From Candidatus Bathyarchaeia archaeon (GTDB lineage Archaea; Thermoproteota; Bathyarchaeia; Bathyarchaeales; Bathycorpusculaceae): DNA of 34,846 nt. The stretch is from positions 1-34,846 of the forward strand of contig JBEKGO010000029.1 in assembly GCA_050012755.1 (NCBI GenBank). Direction: 5' to 3'. The translations under genes were made by a program, and so were the position numbers. Within the stretch, counting starts at the first letter, position 1. Each line of letters begins with the position of its first letter. Under the pieces are notes generated by a model that saw only the letters and a program-made list of their open reading frames with translations, was not told the DNA's origin and did not search any database. Positions 15,767 to 25,560 of the stretch are shown in pieces.

Positions 15767-16765
15767 TTAGCTTTTAAAGTGTGGGATAATTTTGCTGCCG
15801 ATCAAGTCGATAGAGTTTTTAACGTTGGTTCCAATTGGGGAGCCGACTACAAATTGACTAATGTCGATTTTTTGTAGGCCAGCTATTTTTTCAATGCACA
15901 CGTCGGGCGTGCCAGAAATTGAGAATGCATCAATCATTTCGGGTGTAACGGCTGCTAATGCTTTTGGAAAATCACCTACTTTCAGAGCCGCCCGTAATTC
16001 GTCTGCTTTAGCTACGTCTATTTTGTGTTTCTCAAGAACTGGCGGTGGACTGCCTGCAACTATGAACGCGACTACAGGTGCAGCTGCTTTAACGGCTTTT
16101 TTGGGATCTTCATTAACTGAGAATGAAGTGTAAGCTGTTATATCAACATCGCCAGGTGATTTGCCCGCCTGCTTCATTCCTTCATTCGCCATTTTAACAG
16201 CAAATTCTATGTCGCTTGGGTGACTGGCGTTTATCAGAACTCCGTCGCCAATTTTTCCAGCCATCTCCAGCATTTTTGGACCTTGAGCGCCCACGTAAAC
16301 TGGGATCTTGTTTGCTGGTTTAAAATTTAGTTTGGCGCCTGCAGCCTTGAAAACTTCACCTTGGAAAGCAACTTTTTCGCCGGCTGTCAGTTTGCGGAAC
16401 ATTTCTATGGATTCCTTAACTGCGGCTAATGGTTTGCCCATTTCTATGCCGACGGCTTCAAGGGTGGTTTTGTCTCCTGCACCCATGCCAAGAACAACTC
16501 TTCCCGGCGCTAACTCATTTAATGTTGCAATTGCCTGTGCAGTTATAACTGGGTTAACCATCCATGGGTTGGTTACACCTGTACCGAAGATGATTTTGTT
16601 TGTGTATAAAGCAGCGGCTGCAAGAGTAACATAGACATTCCGATTGCCAAAGTGGTCTGTTACCCAAAGGTTGTCAAACCCGCTGTTTTCAGCTTGAATA
16701 GCGTAAGCGGCTAATTTCCAATAGGGATCTTTTGGAACAAATTCAATTCCGAATTTAAGTGCCAA
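15767..16765 (-). CDS. mer: F420-dependent methylene-H4MPT reductase
   Basis: KFGIEFVP, WVTDHFGNRNVY, GVTNP, GAGDKTTL, GAQGPKML, LINASHP, GSPIG. Confidence 0.95.
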   Translation of the reverse strand: MALKFGIEFVPKDPYWKLAAYAIQAENSGFDNLWVTDHFGNRNVYVTLAAAALYTNKIIFGTGVTNPWMVNPVITAQAIATLNELAPGRVVLGMGAGDKTTLEAVGIEMGKPLAAVKESIEMFRKLTAGEKVAFQGEVFKAAGAKLNFKPANKIPVYVGAQGPKMLEMAGKIGDGVLINASHPSDIEFAVKMANEGMKQAGKSPGDVDITAYTSFSVNEDPKKAVKAAAPVVAFIVAGSPPPVLEKHKIDVAKADELRAALKVGDFPKALAAVTPEMIDAFSISGTPDVCIEKIAGLQKIDISQFVVGSPIGTNVKNSIDLIGSKIIPHFKS

Positions 16766-16766
16766 A

Positions 16767-17051
16767 TTACATGCCTCCTTTCTTTATTTCTTCAGCTAGC
16801 TGTGTCATTTGCATTTCACCTAGCGCAGCCATAGTTTTTTCTGGTTCAAGTAGCAATGCTGCTTCGAGAAGTACTGAAACGCCAGTTTTGTTCTTTATGA
16901 TTCCTTGCTGCATAGCGGAGAGCATACAGTTAGCGAGTTTAGTTGGCATTTTTCCTTCATTCTTAGTTGTTAAAACGAAATTAAGAAGTTGATCAGATAA
17001 GGGTCCCAACTTTTCAGTGGGAACCATCTCGGCTAATTTAGGATAATTCAT
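16767..17051 (-). CDS. Hypothetical 94-aa helical protein, likely co-transcribed with mer
   Basis: ATG preceded by GGAG; ends 1 bp before the mer start; no recognised motif. Confidence 0.75.
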   Translation of the reverse strand: MNYPKLAEMVPTEKLGPLSDQLLNFVLTTKNEGKMPTKLANCMLSAMQQGIIKNKTGVSVLLEAALLLEPEKTMAALGEMQMTQLAEEIKKGGM

Positions 17052-17107
17052 ACATAGTTAACTCCTATAGCGGAAGTAATTACAAGATGCATTTAAAAAG
17101 ATGCCGT

Positions 17108-19786
17108 TCATGAAATAACGAGAGATAACAGAAGGGTTTCATCATCGACAGTTTCTGTTTTGAATCCTAGTTTGTTACACAAGTTTAGCATTTTGTCGTT
17201 ATTAACCATTACAAAACCGTACATTTTCTCTAAATTCTTGTCCTTCGCTATTTTAATCAGAGAATCCATCAGTTTGAAGCCTACTCCAAAACCTTGCCAT
17301 TGGTCACCAACTAAAACAGCAAATTCGCCGCTTTTTCCGTAAGCATCAAGAATAAGTCTGGAAACACCAATTATGTTTTTACTATTTGAAATCTCAGCCA
17401 CTAAAGCGATTTCTCTGTCATAATCCAAATTACAGTATCTGGTTAACGTTTCATGGGAAAGTTCCTTTATTATCTCAAAGAATCGAAAACGCATGGTTTG
17501 AGGAGAAAGCGATTTGAAAAGCTCATTGAATCTATCTTCATCTTCAGGTTTGATCGCTCGCAAGCGCACAAGAGAGCCGTTTTTGTCTTTCCAGTTGGAG
17601 GTATACTTGCTCGGGTAAGGAGCGATAACAAGATGTCCATGAGACCCAATGTCCTGAGTCGCGTGGTTCAAGTCCAGAACAATTCGTGCATCAACGGCAA
17701 CAGCACCATTTTCATCAACAATCAAAGGGTTAACGTCAATTTCTTTGATGTCAGGAAAATCGATAACCAGTTGAGAAAACTTTACCAAGATTTCCTCAAG
17801 AGCTTTTACATTTAACGGAAATTCTGATAAAGCTGCCTGCTTGTAGACGGTTGTATCCTCTATTAGCCTTCGCGCAAGCACTTGATTTAGAGGCGGAAAA
17901 CCTATACTTACATCTTTAAATAATTCAGCTTCTGTGCCGCCTCTACCAAAAATGACGACAGAGCCGAACTGTGAGTCTTTTTTGCTGCCGATTAACAATT
18001 CATAGCCCTTTCTACCTATCATTGGCTGAATTGCGACACCTTGAAATTCAGCATTTTCACTTGTTTTTTGTACTTTCTTGGCGAGTTCATCAAAGCACGT
18101 TTGAACTTCCGAAGCTGAGCATACATCGAGGATTACGCCTGCGATTTTAGATTTATGTGTAACCTGAGGAGACAAAGCCTTCATAACTACTGGAAAACCG
18201 ATTTTGGAAGCTAAAACTTCAGCTTCATCTGGAGTTGCAGCCACCAAAGTCTTAACAGTGGGTATCTTGTAAGATGCCAAAAACCGGAGAGAATCGACCA
18301 AATTAAGAACTTGTTGCCCTTGGCTGTACGCTTGCCTTAAGATGAACTTAAGAATTGCCGAATTTGTTGGCTCTTCAGGAAGTTCTTCAGGTGTTTGATA
18401 AAGCAGTTCCAGATCTTGAGTATAGCGGTACATATACATGAAAGTTGAAACAGCTTGTTCAGGCGTTGGAAAAGTTGGAATGCCGTTTCTTTGCAGAAAC
18501 CTGCGCGCTTCACCGCATCTGGAATCTTCACCCATTAGACAGGCAAGTATAGGCTTTTGTGTTTGTTGCGATAATTCTACAACTGCTTTTGCTACGGCAG
18601 ATGGATCAGATGCTGCTTGTGGCGCATAGATTAGCAGAAAACCATTACTGTTTTTGTCTTTCAAACACAGTTCAATAACATCTTTGAATCTTGACGGTGT
18701 TGCTTCCTCAAGAATATCAATTGGATTAGCGGTGCAGCAATACGGCGGTAAAATATTCTTTAAACCCTGCATTGTTTCGTAACTTAACGGCGACAGCTTT
18801 CCACCCTTAGCGATAAGTTGATCTGTAGCCATTATACCTGGTCCCCCAGCATTGGTAATAATTGTCAAGTTGGGTCCTATAGGGTTAGGTTGCATTGCCA
18901 ATGCTTCTGCGCAGTTGAACAAATCAATCATTGTTTCTACTCTGACAACCCCAGCACGTCTAAAAGCCGAGTCATAAACCGCATCCTCTCCACCCAAAAA
19001 ACCGCTGTGAGACAGAGTCGGGATAGCAGTCTCTTTGAAACGTCCAGCTTTGACGACTACTATAGGTTTGGTTCTAGCAAAGCCACGTGCAGCACTCATG
19101 AACTTCCTCGCATTTTTAACCGACTCAACATACAAAACGATGCTTTTTGTTTGAGAATCAGCTCCAAAATAATCTATTAAGTCACCAAAATCGACGTCAA
19201 GCATTGACCCTGTAGATACAACGGCGCTGAATCCAACTTGAGCCTCTGAGGCCCAATCCAATGCTGAAGCGCATAAAGCGGCGCTTTGAGAGATAAAGGC
19301 GATTTTTCCAGGACTAGCTTTTTCATCTGCAAATGTTGCGTATAGATTCGCTTTGGGTCTTATAATTCCAAAACTGTTGGGACCTATGATTCTCATTCCA
19401 TACTTCTTTTGGAATTCAAGAATTTTCTTTTCGATGAGAACACCTTCTTCACCGACTTCTCTAAAACCTGCGGAACAGATTATTATTCCAGAAACTCCCG
19501 CTTCACCGCATTCTTCAATGACCTGTGGCACAGTGTGTGCTGGAACAGCAATTATGGCTAAATCTATTAGCCGAGGAATTTTACTAATACTTGGATAAGC
19601 AGTAATCCCGTGCACCGTATCCCTAAAGGCGTTTACAGGAAAAACCGCACCTTTGTAACCTACTCCAATTAGATTTCCCAAAATTTTAGCGCCTATGGAA
19701 CCTTCTCTGTCACTTGCACCGATAACTGCTATTCGTTTAGGGTTGAACAGATTGTTAAGTTTCTCGATGCCCATTTTTTTAAACAC
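17108..19786 (-). CDS. ADP-forming acyl-CoA ligase alpha+beta fused to a GNAT domain (Pat/Pka-type architecture)
   Basis: IAVIGAS, RIIGPNS, SQS, KAGR, SHSG, TNAGGPG, NPIDI, THKS..GV ATP-grasp region, DVNPL; GNAT tail FAVLVGDQWQGFGVG..N..ML..KLGF. Confidence 0.92.
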   Translation of the reverse strand: MFKKMGIEKLNNLFNPKRIAVIGASDREGSIGAKILGNLIGVGYKGAVFPVNAFRDTVHGITAYPSISKIPRLIDLAIIAVPAHTVPQVIEECGEAGVSGIIICSAGFREVGEEGVLIEKKILEFQKKYGMRIIGPNSFGIIRPKANLYATFADEKASPGKIAFISQSAALCASALDWASEAQVGFSAVVSTGSMLDVDFGDLIDYFGADSQTKSIVLYVESVKNARKFMSAARGFARTKPIVVVKAGRFKETAIPTLSHSGFLGGEDAVYDSAFRRAGVVRVETMIDLFNCAEALAMQPNPIGPNLTIITNAGGPGIMATDQLIAKGGKLSPLSYETMQGLKNILPPYCCTANPIDILEEATPSRFKDVIELCLKDKNSNGFLLIYAPQAASDPSAVAKAVVELSQQTQKPILACLMGEDSRCGEARRFLQRNGIPTFPTPEQAVSTFMYMYRYTQDLELLYQTPEELPEEPTNSAILKFILRQAYSQGQQVLNLVDSLRFLASYKIPTVKTLVAATPDEAEVLASKIGFPVVMKALSPQVTHKSKIAGVILDVCSASEVQTCFDELAKKVQKTSENAEFQGVAIQPMIGRKGYELLIGSKKDSQFGSVVIFGRGGTEAELFKDVSIGFPPLNQVLARRLIEDTTVYKQAALSEFPLNVKALEEILVKFSQLVIDFPDIKEIDVNPLIVDENGAVAVDARIVLDLNHATQDIGSHGHLVIAPYPSKYTSNWKDKNGSLVRLRAIKPEDEDRFNELFKSLSPQTMRFRFFEIIKELSHETLTRYCNLDYDREIALVAEISNSKNIIGVSRLILDAYGKSGEFAVLVGDQWQGFGVGFKLMDSLIKIAKDKNLEKMYGFVMVNNDKMLNLCNKLGFKTETVDDETLLLSLVIS

Positions 19787-19944
19787 TCAAATTGAGAAAA
19801 TAGCCTGTACTATTGATATAGCAATAAGTGGTTTTAAAACTTGCCAATTCTGACCTGATTTTGAAACTTATGTGCAGAAGCAGAACAGATAAGCTTTAAA
19901 GCAATTTTCCCGTAGCCATCTTTAATTCAGAAGGAAACACGAAA

Positions 19945-20703
19945 ATGGATGTCATAAAAATAATTGCCGTTGAAAACCTACCACTAATAAAACCCGGAGA
20001 CAACATTGCAGAACTCATTTCAAACGCCGCAAAAAAACAAGGCACACCAATAAAGGAAAACGATGTAATTGTAGTCACTCATGTGGTGGTTTCAAAAGCT
20101 GAAGGAAACATAATCAACCTTGACGGAATGACACCTTCTGAGAAAGCAAAGGAAATAGCCCAACAAACAAACAAAGAACCAGCCTTAGTTGAGGTGATTC
20201 TCAGAGAAACAAAAGAAATAGTCCGAATAGGGCAAAATAGCATAATAACAGAGACTAATAGTGGAATAGTTTGCGCGAATGCTGGAATTGATAGGTCTAA
20301 TGTTTCGGGCGACCGAAATGTTGTTCCGTTGCCAAAAAACCCGAATGCGTCTGCACAAAACATTAGGCAAGAAATTAAGCAATTAACTGGAGTTAACGTG
20401 GCGGTTATCGTTTCTGACACTCATGGTAGACCCTTTCGTTTAGGGGAAATAAATGTGGCAGTTGGCGTGGCAGGAATTAAGCCGATAAGGGACAGACGCG
20501 GCGAAAAAGACCTCTTTGGATATGTGCTTCGAATAAAACAAACTGCAATTGCCGATGAATTATCCTCAGCCGCTGAACTTGTAATTGGCCAAGCCAACGA
20601 AGGAATCCCAGCTGCAATTATCCGGGGGTACAGTTACCAAATAATTGAAGGCGCCTCAACAACGGAGCTCATTAGAGCCAAAGAAAAAGACCTTTTCAGA
20701 TAA
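19945..20703 (+). CDS. cofE: F420-0:gamma-glutamyl ligase
   Basis: LPLIKPGD, VSKAEG, CANAGIDRSN, DTHGRPFR, ADELSSAAEL. Confidence 0.95.
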   Translation: MDVIKIIAVENLPLIKPGDNIAELISNAAKKQGTPIKENDVIVVTHVVVSKAEGNIINLDGMTPSEKAKEIAQQTNKEPALVEVILRETKEIVRIGQNSIITETNSGIVCANAGIDRSNVSGDRNVVPLPKNPNASAQNIRQEIKQLTGVNVAVIVSDTHGRPFRLGEINVAVGVAGIKPIRDRRGEKDLFGYVLRIKQTAIADELSSAAELVIGQANEGIPAAIIRGYSYQIIEGASTTELIRAKEKDLFR

Positions 20704-20755
20704 GGAGTCAATAAGGTTCAATAATCCAACTGCATAAGATACCTGAAAGCGTGAG

Positions 20756-21097
20756 TTGAAATTGATGGAAGTTAAAACGCCCGAAGAATTTTTTGAGAAA
20801 CAACTCCCAGTAAGATTTAAGCCAGACAAAGCGGCAGGCATTGATGCGGTAATTCAACTAAGTCTAAGCGGAGGCCAAAAGGAGCAAGATTGGGTTGTGG
20901 TTATAAAAAATCAGAAACTGCAAATAACCGAAGGAACCAACCCTTCAGCGTCATTATCACTTAGAATTTCTGAAAGCAACTTCCTAGATATTATAAATGG
21001 GAAATTAAGCGCTGAGAAAGCTTTCTTTACGGGAATAATCCGTTTTCAAGGGAACATAAGTGTAGCTTTGAAATTAAGAGACGCTGGGATACTTTAG
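20756..21097 (+). CDS. SCP2 sterol-carrier-like domain protein
   Basis: AVIQLSLSG..W...I, NGKLSAEKAFFTG.IRFQGN..ALKL fits the SCP2 pattern. Confidence 0.8.
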   Translation: MKLMEVKTPEEFFEKQLPVRFKPDKAAGIDAVIQLSLSGGQKEQDWVVVIKNQKLQITEGTNPSASLSLRISESNFLDIINGKLSAEKAFFTGIIRFQGNISVALKLRDAGIL

Positions 21098-21633
21098 CCA
21101 AGCTTTTTAACAACCTTTGGGGGCAAGTCATCCTCGCCAACTTTGAATGTTTGAGGCTCTTCAATTTTCACAATCGCCCGCAGCTCATCAGCGTCCAATT
21201 GACAAATAAGTTGAGTCAATTCTTTTTTTGCCACTTCTAAATGGTCTTTGAAAGCAGCCTTATCATTATATAAAATTCCTGCGAAAGCGCAAAGTTCTGA
21301 TTTTTTTAGGAACCATTCAATCTTTTTGGTTCTAAAGTTTATGTCAAATGTTATTGGTCCCGACACACAAGTCTCAGGCTTAACAGGATGCACCGAGCAT
21401 TTACCCGTCTCCTTGTTGAAAAGCACGCAATACACAAGTTTATCAACTCTCGGATAAGAATAATTTTTCTTGGCGAACGGTTTTTTAATTTTTATTTTTT
21501 GTTCTTCTAAATATTTTTTAATAGTTTTTTTCCTTTTTTCAGTTAACGGTGGTTTTGCATCTTGGCAGCATATGCGTTTGCATTGGCTACAAACGTCAAA
21601 CGAATAAGTTGTTCCGTTGTTGTCGTTCGCCAT
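21094..21633 (-). CDS. YkgJ-family cysteine-cluster (CxxCxxCC-like) protein
   Basis: CSQCKRICC ... CVLF...KCSVHPVKPETC..GP. Confidence 0.82.
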   Translation of the reverse strand: MANDNNGTTYSFDVCSQCKRICCQDAKPPLTEKRKKTIKKYLEEQKIKIKKPFAKKNYSYPRVDKLVYCVLFNKETGKCSVHPVKPETCVSGPITFDINFRTKKIEWFLKKSELCAFAGILYNDKAAFKDHLEVAKKELTQLICQLDADELRAIVKIEEPQTFKVGEDDLPPKVVKKLG

Positions 21634-21650
21634 TGTATGGTCACCATTTT

Positions 21651-22817
21651 TTAGAAGTAGGGTTCATTATCGGAAAGGCACTTAATAAGCGTTGAATATA
21701 CGTTGATGACGGCTTCATGGAAATCTGTTTTCTCTGCTCGCTTTAAAACGCGGTTACAAATAATTTCAGACAAGCTGCCGTTTTCCAGCCGTTTCTTGAT
21801 AATCCAGAGATACTTTTTCTCATCTTCGTCTGCATACTTAAAAGCCAAGTTAAGGTAGTGTTGGCATACTTGCCTAGCTGTTTTGCCATGGGAACTTGAT
21901 ACTTGTGCGTTTAACCCTTCCTTAACTATCTTGTTAAAGTCTCTAACTAGCAAATCATGTGGTGAAAGCTCAGCCTTTAACGCAGTCAAACCTCTAAGGG
22001 CAGCGCGTACAAAACAGCTCAGAGCCACATCAGATTTAACGCATTCTTGCTCATCAATCACACGAACTTCAAGCGCTGACCGGTCAAAACGGAAAATTAC
22101 GCCTCTTGAATTAACCCATTCCCGATTAAGCAATGTTTTGCATGCACCAGCCTTCGCTAAGTCTTGGGAGTACCGGTCAATAACGTCATGTTTGTACTTG
22201 CTAAACGAAGTAGCATATTGGGGGATGACTTCACCAGTTATGGAGGGGATTTCTTTTTGGTTTATTTTGTAGAATTGTAGTCGGTTATCAATGTCTGGTC
22301 CGATTTTGCCCTCATAAATTGGTGAGGAAGCGGCAATTGCTGGAAGGTAAGCCGATAAGTTTGCGAGTTGATTATGAATTTGGATGGCATCGGCTTCTGT
22401 TTGGTATGGGAGGTTTAAGTGGAAGCTCTGGATGTTTAGCCATCCGTGCTGGTTCAAGTTGAAAAATTTGCCGAGTTCTTGATAGATTTTTTTGTGGTAG
22501 TGAGGCCAAACGCCTGTGTCTTTTAGCCGCAGGAGGGGATGCATGCCTGTTCCAAGAAGCACCGCGCAGTGTTTTTTAACGATTCCATTTAAGGTTGTAA
22601 CTGCGTTTTGCATGGTTTCTTCAAATTCTAGGGGCGATTTGAACGGCGAGTTCGCTTTTATTTCCATTACATGCAGTTGCATCTCTTTCCCAAAAGTGAA
22701 AGAGGGCAATTCAACAAAGTTGATGATTTTTCCGTAATAATCTTTAATGATTTTGTCGGAAATAGGCAACACTTTCAGTTCTTGGTTTACAAGTGAAAAT
22801 TCATGTTCCGGTCCCAT
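21651..22817 (-). CDS. Glutamate-cysteine ligase family 2 (GCS2) carboxylate-amine ligase
   Basis: GPEHE, EMQLHVME, GTGMHP, QSFHLN, ASSP, NSRG..RFDRSALEVR..DEQEC. Confidence 0.88.
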   Translation of the reverse strand: MGPEHEFSLVNQELKVLPISDKIIKDYYGKIINFVELPSFTFGKEMQLHVMEIKANSPFKSPLEFEETMQNAVTTLNGIVKKHCAVLLGTGMHPLLRLKDTGVWPHYHKKIYQELGKFFNLNQHGWLNIQSFHLNLPYQTEADAIQIHNQLANLSAYLPAIAASSPIYEGKIGPDIDNRLQFYKINQKEIPSITGEVIPQYATSFSKYKHDVIDRYSQDLAKAGACKTLLNREWVNSRGVIFRFDRSALEVRVIDEQECVKSDVALSCFVRAALRGLTALKAELSPHDLLVRDFNKIVKEGLNAQVSSSHGKTARQVCQHYLNLAFKYADEDEKKYLWIIKKRLENGSLSEIICNRVLKRAEKTDFHEAVINVYSTLIKCLSDNEPYF

Positions 22818-22943
22818 GACTTCAAGCGATTTATACGTAGGCTATGCCTCTTCCTGTTTAGCGTTGATTTGGAATCCGAATATGGCAGTAGTTAATCTTA
22901 AATATAACTGCACCAATAACGCCCATTAGTTACCTGGTGTCTC

Positions 22944-23645
22944 ATGACCGTGTTGGTCGTCTCAAATATCGACCTAACCAATAATATACAAGTAATGAAG
23001 CCCGCAACGTTTTTAGGTTCCACAATCAGAGAGCCAACCCTTAACCTCAACAATGAATACAGATACATGAAAACAGGCTATTATGTTTCTATGCATGCTG
23101 AAATTCTCGGAAACAACGTTATTCCGTCGTGCGAAAACATTTTAGATTCCAGCAGAACCCCAATTCTGCTTCTAAGAGCATCAAAAGCGGGAGTTCCAAC
23201 CTTACCATTTCTTGTTACAGACTCGGTTAAGAAAATAGCAACTGAAATAGGCTACCCAACCATCGTATTCGCAGTAAACCCATTTATTTACGACGGCTAC
23301 AGAATCGCCCACAACAAAAGCTCATTGTATCGAGCCATGAAAAGTCTGGGCATGAATTATAAATTCGCTGTTTGCGCGCAACCGCTTAAAGGTGAACTTG
23401 TTACTGTCAAATCATTCTTTGGAAAAACAACGGATCAAGACTTCAAAACACAGGAAATTGCAGAGAAAGTTTATGAAATCTTCAAAATTCCACTCTGCAA
23501 TTTGCATATTCAAAAAACACGAGATAAGGCTTATTTGTGTGGACTGCAACCCGTAGGTAAAGAGGAGCTTACGGAAAAAGATTTGCAACTGATATCCAAA
23601 GAGGTCTCGCTCATTTCTGAGCAGGGTGAACACTTCGGTGTCTAA
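22944..23645 (+). CDS. RimK-like ATP-grasp N-terminal (RLAN) domain protein
   Basis: NLNNEYRYMKTGYYVSMHAE..G..VIPS is the RLAN signature; overlaps the next gene. Confidence 0.8.
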   Translation: MTVLVVSNIDLTNNIQVMKPATFLGSTIREPTLNLNNEYRYMKTGYYVSMHAEILGNNVIPSCENILDSSRTPILLLRASKAGVPTLPFLVTDSVKKIATEIGYPTIVFAVNPFIYDGYRIAHNKSSLYRAMKSLGMNYKFAVCAQPLKGELVTVKSFFGKTTDQDFKTQEIAEKVYEIFKIPLCNLHIQKTRDKAYLCGLQPVGKEELTEKDLQLISKEVSLISEQGEHFGV

Positions 23646-24516
23646 GATCGCATGCTTTGTTGAGAAATATAATTTTACTGACCCCCGCGAGGAAGGCGCA
23701 CTCCATAACTTCAAGCTGGCAGCAGAAAAACAGGGAAGTAAATTCAATTTCCTTTTCCGAGAAGACATTTCCAATGTTCCCAAATATGATGCTGTTTTCA
23801 TTAGGGCAACAACAGACCCCTTGAATACCGCTTACGTGGTTTCTAAAACAGCTTGGGAACTTGGTATGAAAGTTATTGACGATCCTGAATCGATCACTAT
23901 TTGTGGAAACAAAATTCACCAATATGCTTTATTTGAAAAGTTTAATGTGCCCCACATACCCACCGTTTTCCTAAACAAGGATGAATTGCACCACAAAAAA
24001 ATCAGTGACACATTCGATGAACTAGGCAAGCCAGTTGTAATAAAAGCGCCTTACACAAGCTTCTCACGTTACGTTGAAAAGGCTGCTTGCGAAACAAGTT
24101 TCAGAGACGTTGCTAAACGGTTCTTTAAGAAATCTGATGTTTTAGCTATTCAAAAGTTTACACCAACAGCTTTTGACTGGAGAGTCGGCGTCCTCAACAA
24201 CGACATACTCTATGTATGCAAGTACATGATTCCAAAAGGAAAATGGAAGCACGGCGCCAAATTGCGGGGCAAGCCGACGGTGATTTGGGGCAGAACAGTA
24301 AGCATACCCAAACAAGAGTTACCAGCAAGACTCAAGGAAGTAGCATTGAAGGCGTGCAGCGTTGTCGGTAAAGGACTCTATGGCGTTGACATCAAAGAGG
24401 CAGACGGCGACTACGTTGTGGTAGAAGTTAACGACAACCCAAGCATTTACGCTGGCTACGAAGACTCAATGGACCACGACATTTATCAGCGAATCATCAA
24501 CTACCTATCCGAATAG
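23626..24516 (+). CDS. RimK-family ATP-grasp amino-acid ligase
   Basis: YDAVFIRATT, VIDDPESI..CGNK, PTAFDWRVGVL, GLYGVDIKE, EVNDNPSI. Confidence 0.9.
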   Translation: MNTSVSKIACFVEKYNFTDPREEGALHNFKLAAEKQGSKFNFLFREDISNVPKYDAVFIRATTDPLNTAYVVSKTAWELGMKVIDDPESITICGNKIHQYALFEKFNVPHIPTVFLNKDELHHKKISDTFDELGKPVVIKAPYTSFSRYVEKAACETSFRDVAKRFFKKSDVLAIQKFTPTAFDWRVGVLNNDILYVCKYMIPKGKWKHGAKLRGKPTVIWGRTVSIPKQELPARLKEVALKACSVVGKGLYGVDIKEADGDYVVVEVNDNPSIYAGYEDSMDHDIYQRIINYLSE

Positions 24517-24581
24517 CACGATTTTTTTCGACACGTATTTATCTCAACGTTTCTTAACAAACTACATCGAGTGACTTGCGT

Positions 24582-25550
24582 ATGACCCATAAAGAAACAG
24601 AAGCACATAAGGTTCCAGTTGAAGATTATCAATTTACAGAAAAAATGTCCGTAGATGAACTTGTGCATCAAATGGATAAGGCTTGGGGTTTCACCGCGGG
24701 CAAGCTTTCTACAGGCGTCGGCATTATGGAATCCATGATAAACGCCAAAGGGTGTGTAAAGTTTCTCTCATTTACCGCTGACATAGTAGCCACGGGCACA
24801 CGAGGAGTAATCAAAGAACTTGTTAAACGCAAACTCGTCGATGTCCTCATCACGACATGTGGAACTTTGGACCATGACGTGGCACGTTGTTGGAAAAACT
24901 ATTACAAAGGCAGCTTCATTATGAACGATTCTAAATTGCATCAGGAAGGGTTAAATCGCCTTGGAAACGTTCTTGTCCCCAATGACAGCTACGGCATAAT
25001 TATTGAGAAGAAAATCTTAGGGCTACTTGAAGAGCTCTACAAAGAAGGCAAACGAGAACTGTCAACCAGTGAATTATGCCGGGAAATTGGCTTGCGATGT
25101 TGCAATAAAACGTCAATTCTTTATTGGGCAGCCAAAAACAACATACCTGTCTTCGTACCAGGCATAACCGATGGTTCAGTCGGCTACCAACTCTGGTTCT
25201 TCAGCCAAGACCACCACGATTTCAGAATTAACTTACTTAAAGATGAGGGTGACCTCAATAACATCGTTTTCGACGCTAAAAAAAGCGGTGCACTAATAGT
25301 CGGCGGAGGCATCTCAAAACACCACACCATTTGGTGGAACCAATTCAAAGACGGGTTGGATTACGTTGTCTACATTACCACGGCAGACGAATGGGATGGC
25401 AGCCTCAGCGGCGCAAGACCCAGAGAAGCAGTTTCATGGGGAAAAATCAACGAAAAAGCCAAACGAATAATGATAGAGGGCGACGCCACAGTAATAATGC
25501 CAATAATGACAAGCGCACTTTTAGACAGAATCAACAAAAGGAAAAAATGA
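24582..25550 (+). CDS. dys: Deoxyhypusine synthase (canonical archaeal type)
   Basis: GFTA, NRLGNV, PGITDGSVG, GGGISKHH, DGSLSGARPREAVSWGK (catalytic Lys present). Confidence 0.92.
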   Translation: MTHKETEAHKVPVEDYQFTEKMSVDELVHQMDKAWGFTAGKLSTGVGIMESMINAKGCVKFLSFTADIVATGTRGVIKELVKRKLVDVLITTCGTLDHDVARCWKNYYKGSFIMNDSKLHQEGLNRLGNVLVPNDSYGIIIEKKILGLLEELYKEGKRELSTSELCREIGLRCCNKTSILYWAAKNNIPVFVPGITDGSVGYQLWFFSQDHHDFRINLLKDEGDLNNIVFDAKKSGALIVGGGISKHHTIWWNQFKDGLDYVVYITTADEWDGSLSGARPREAVSWGKINEKAKRIMIEGDATVIMPIMTSALLDRINKRKK

Positions 25551-25560
25551 ATTTGGCGTT

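Noticed and set aside
22842-22844. In-frame TAG as a pyrrolysine codon
   Set aside because: It sits where a start codon would be expected, and there are no pyl genes in the window.
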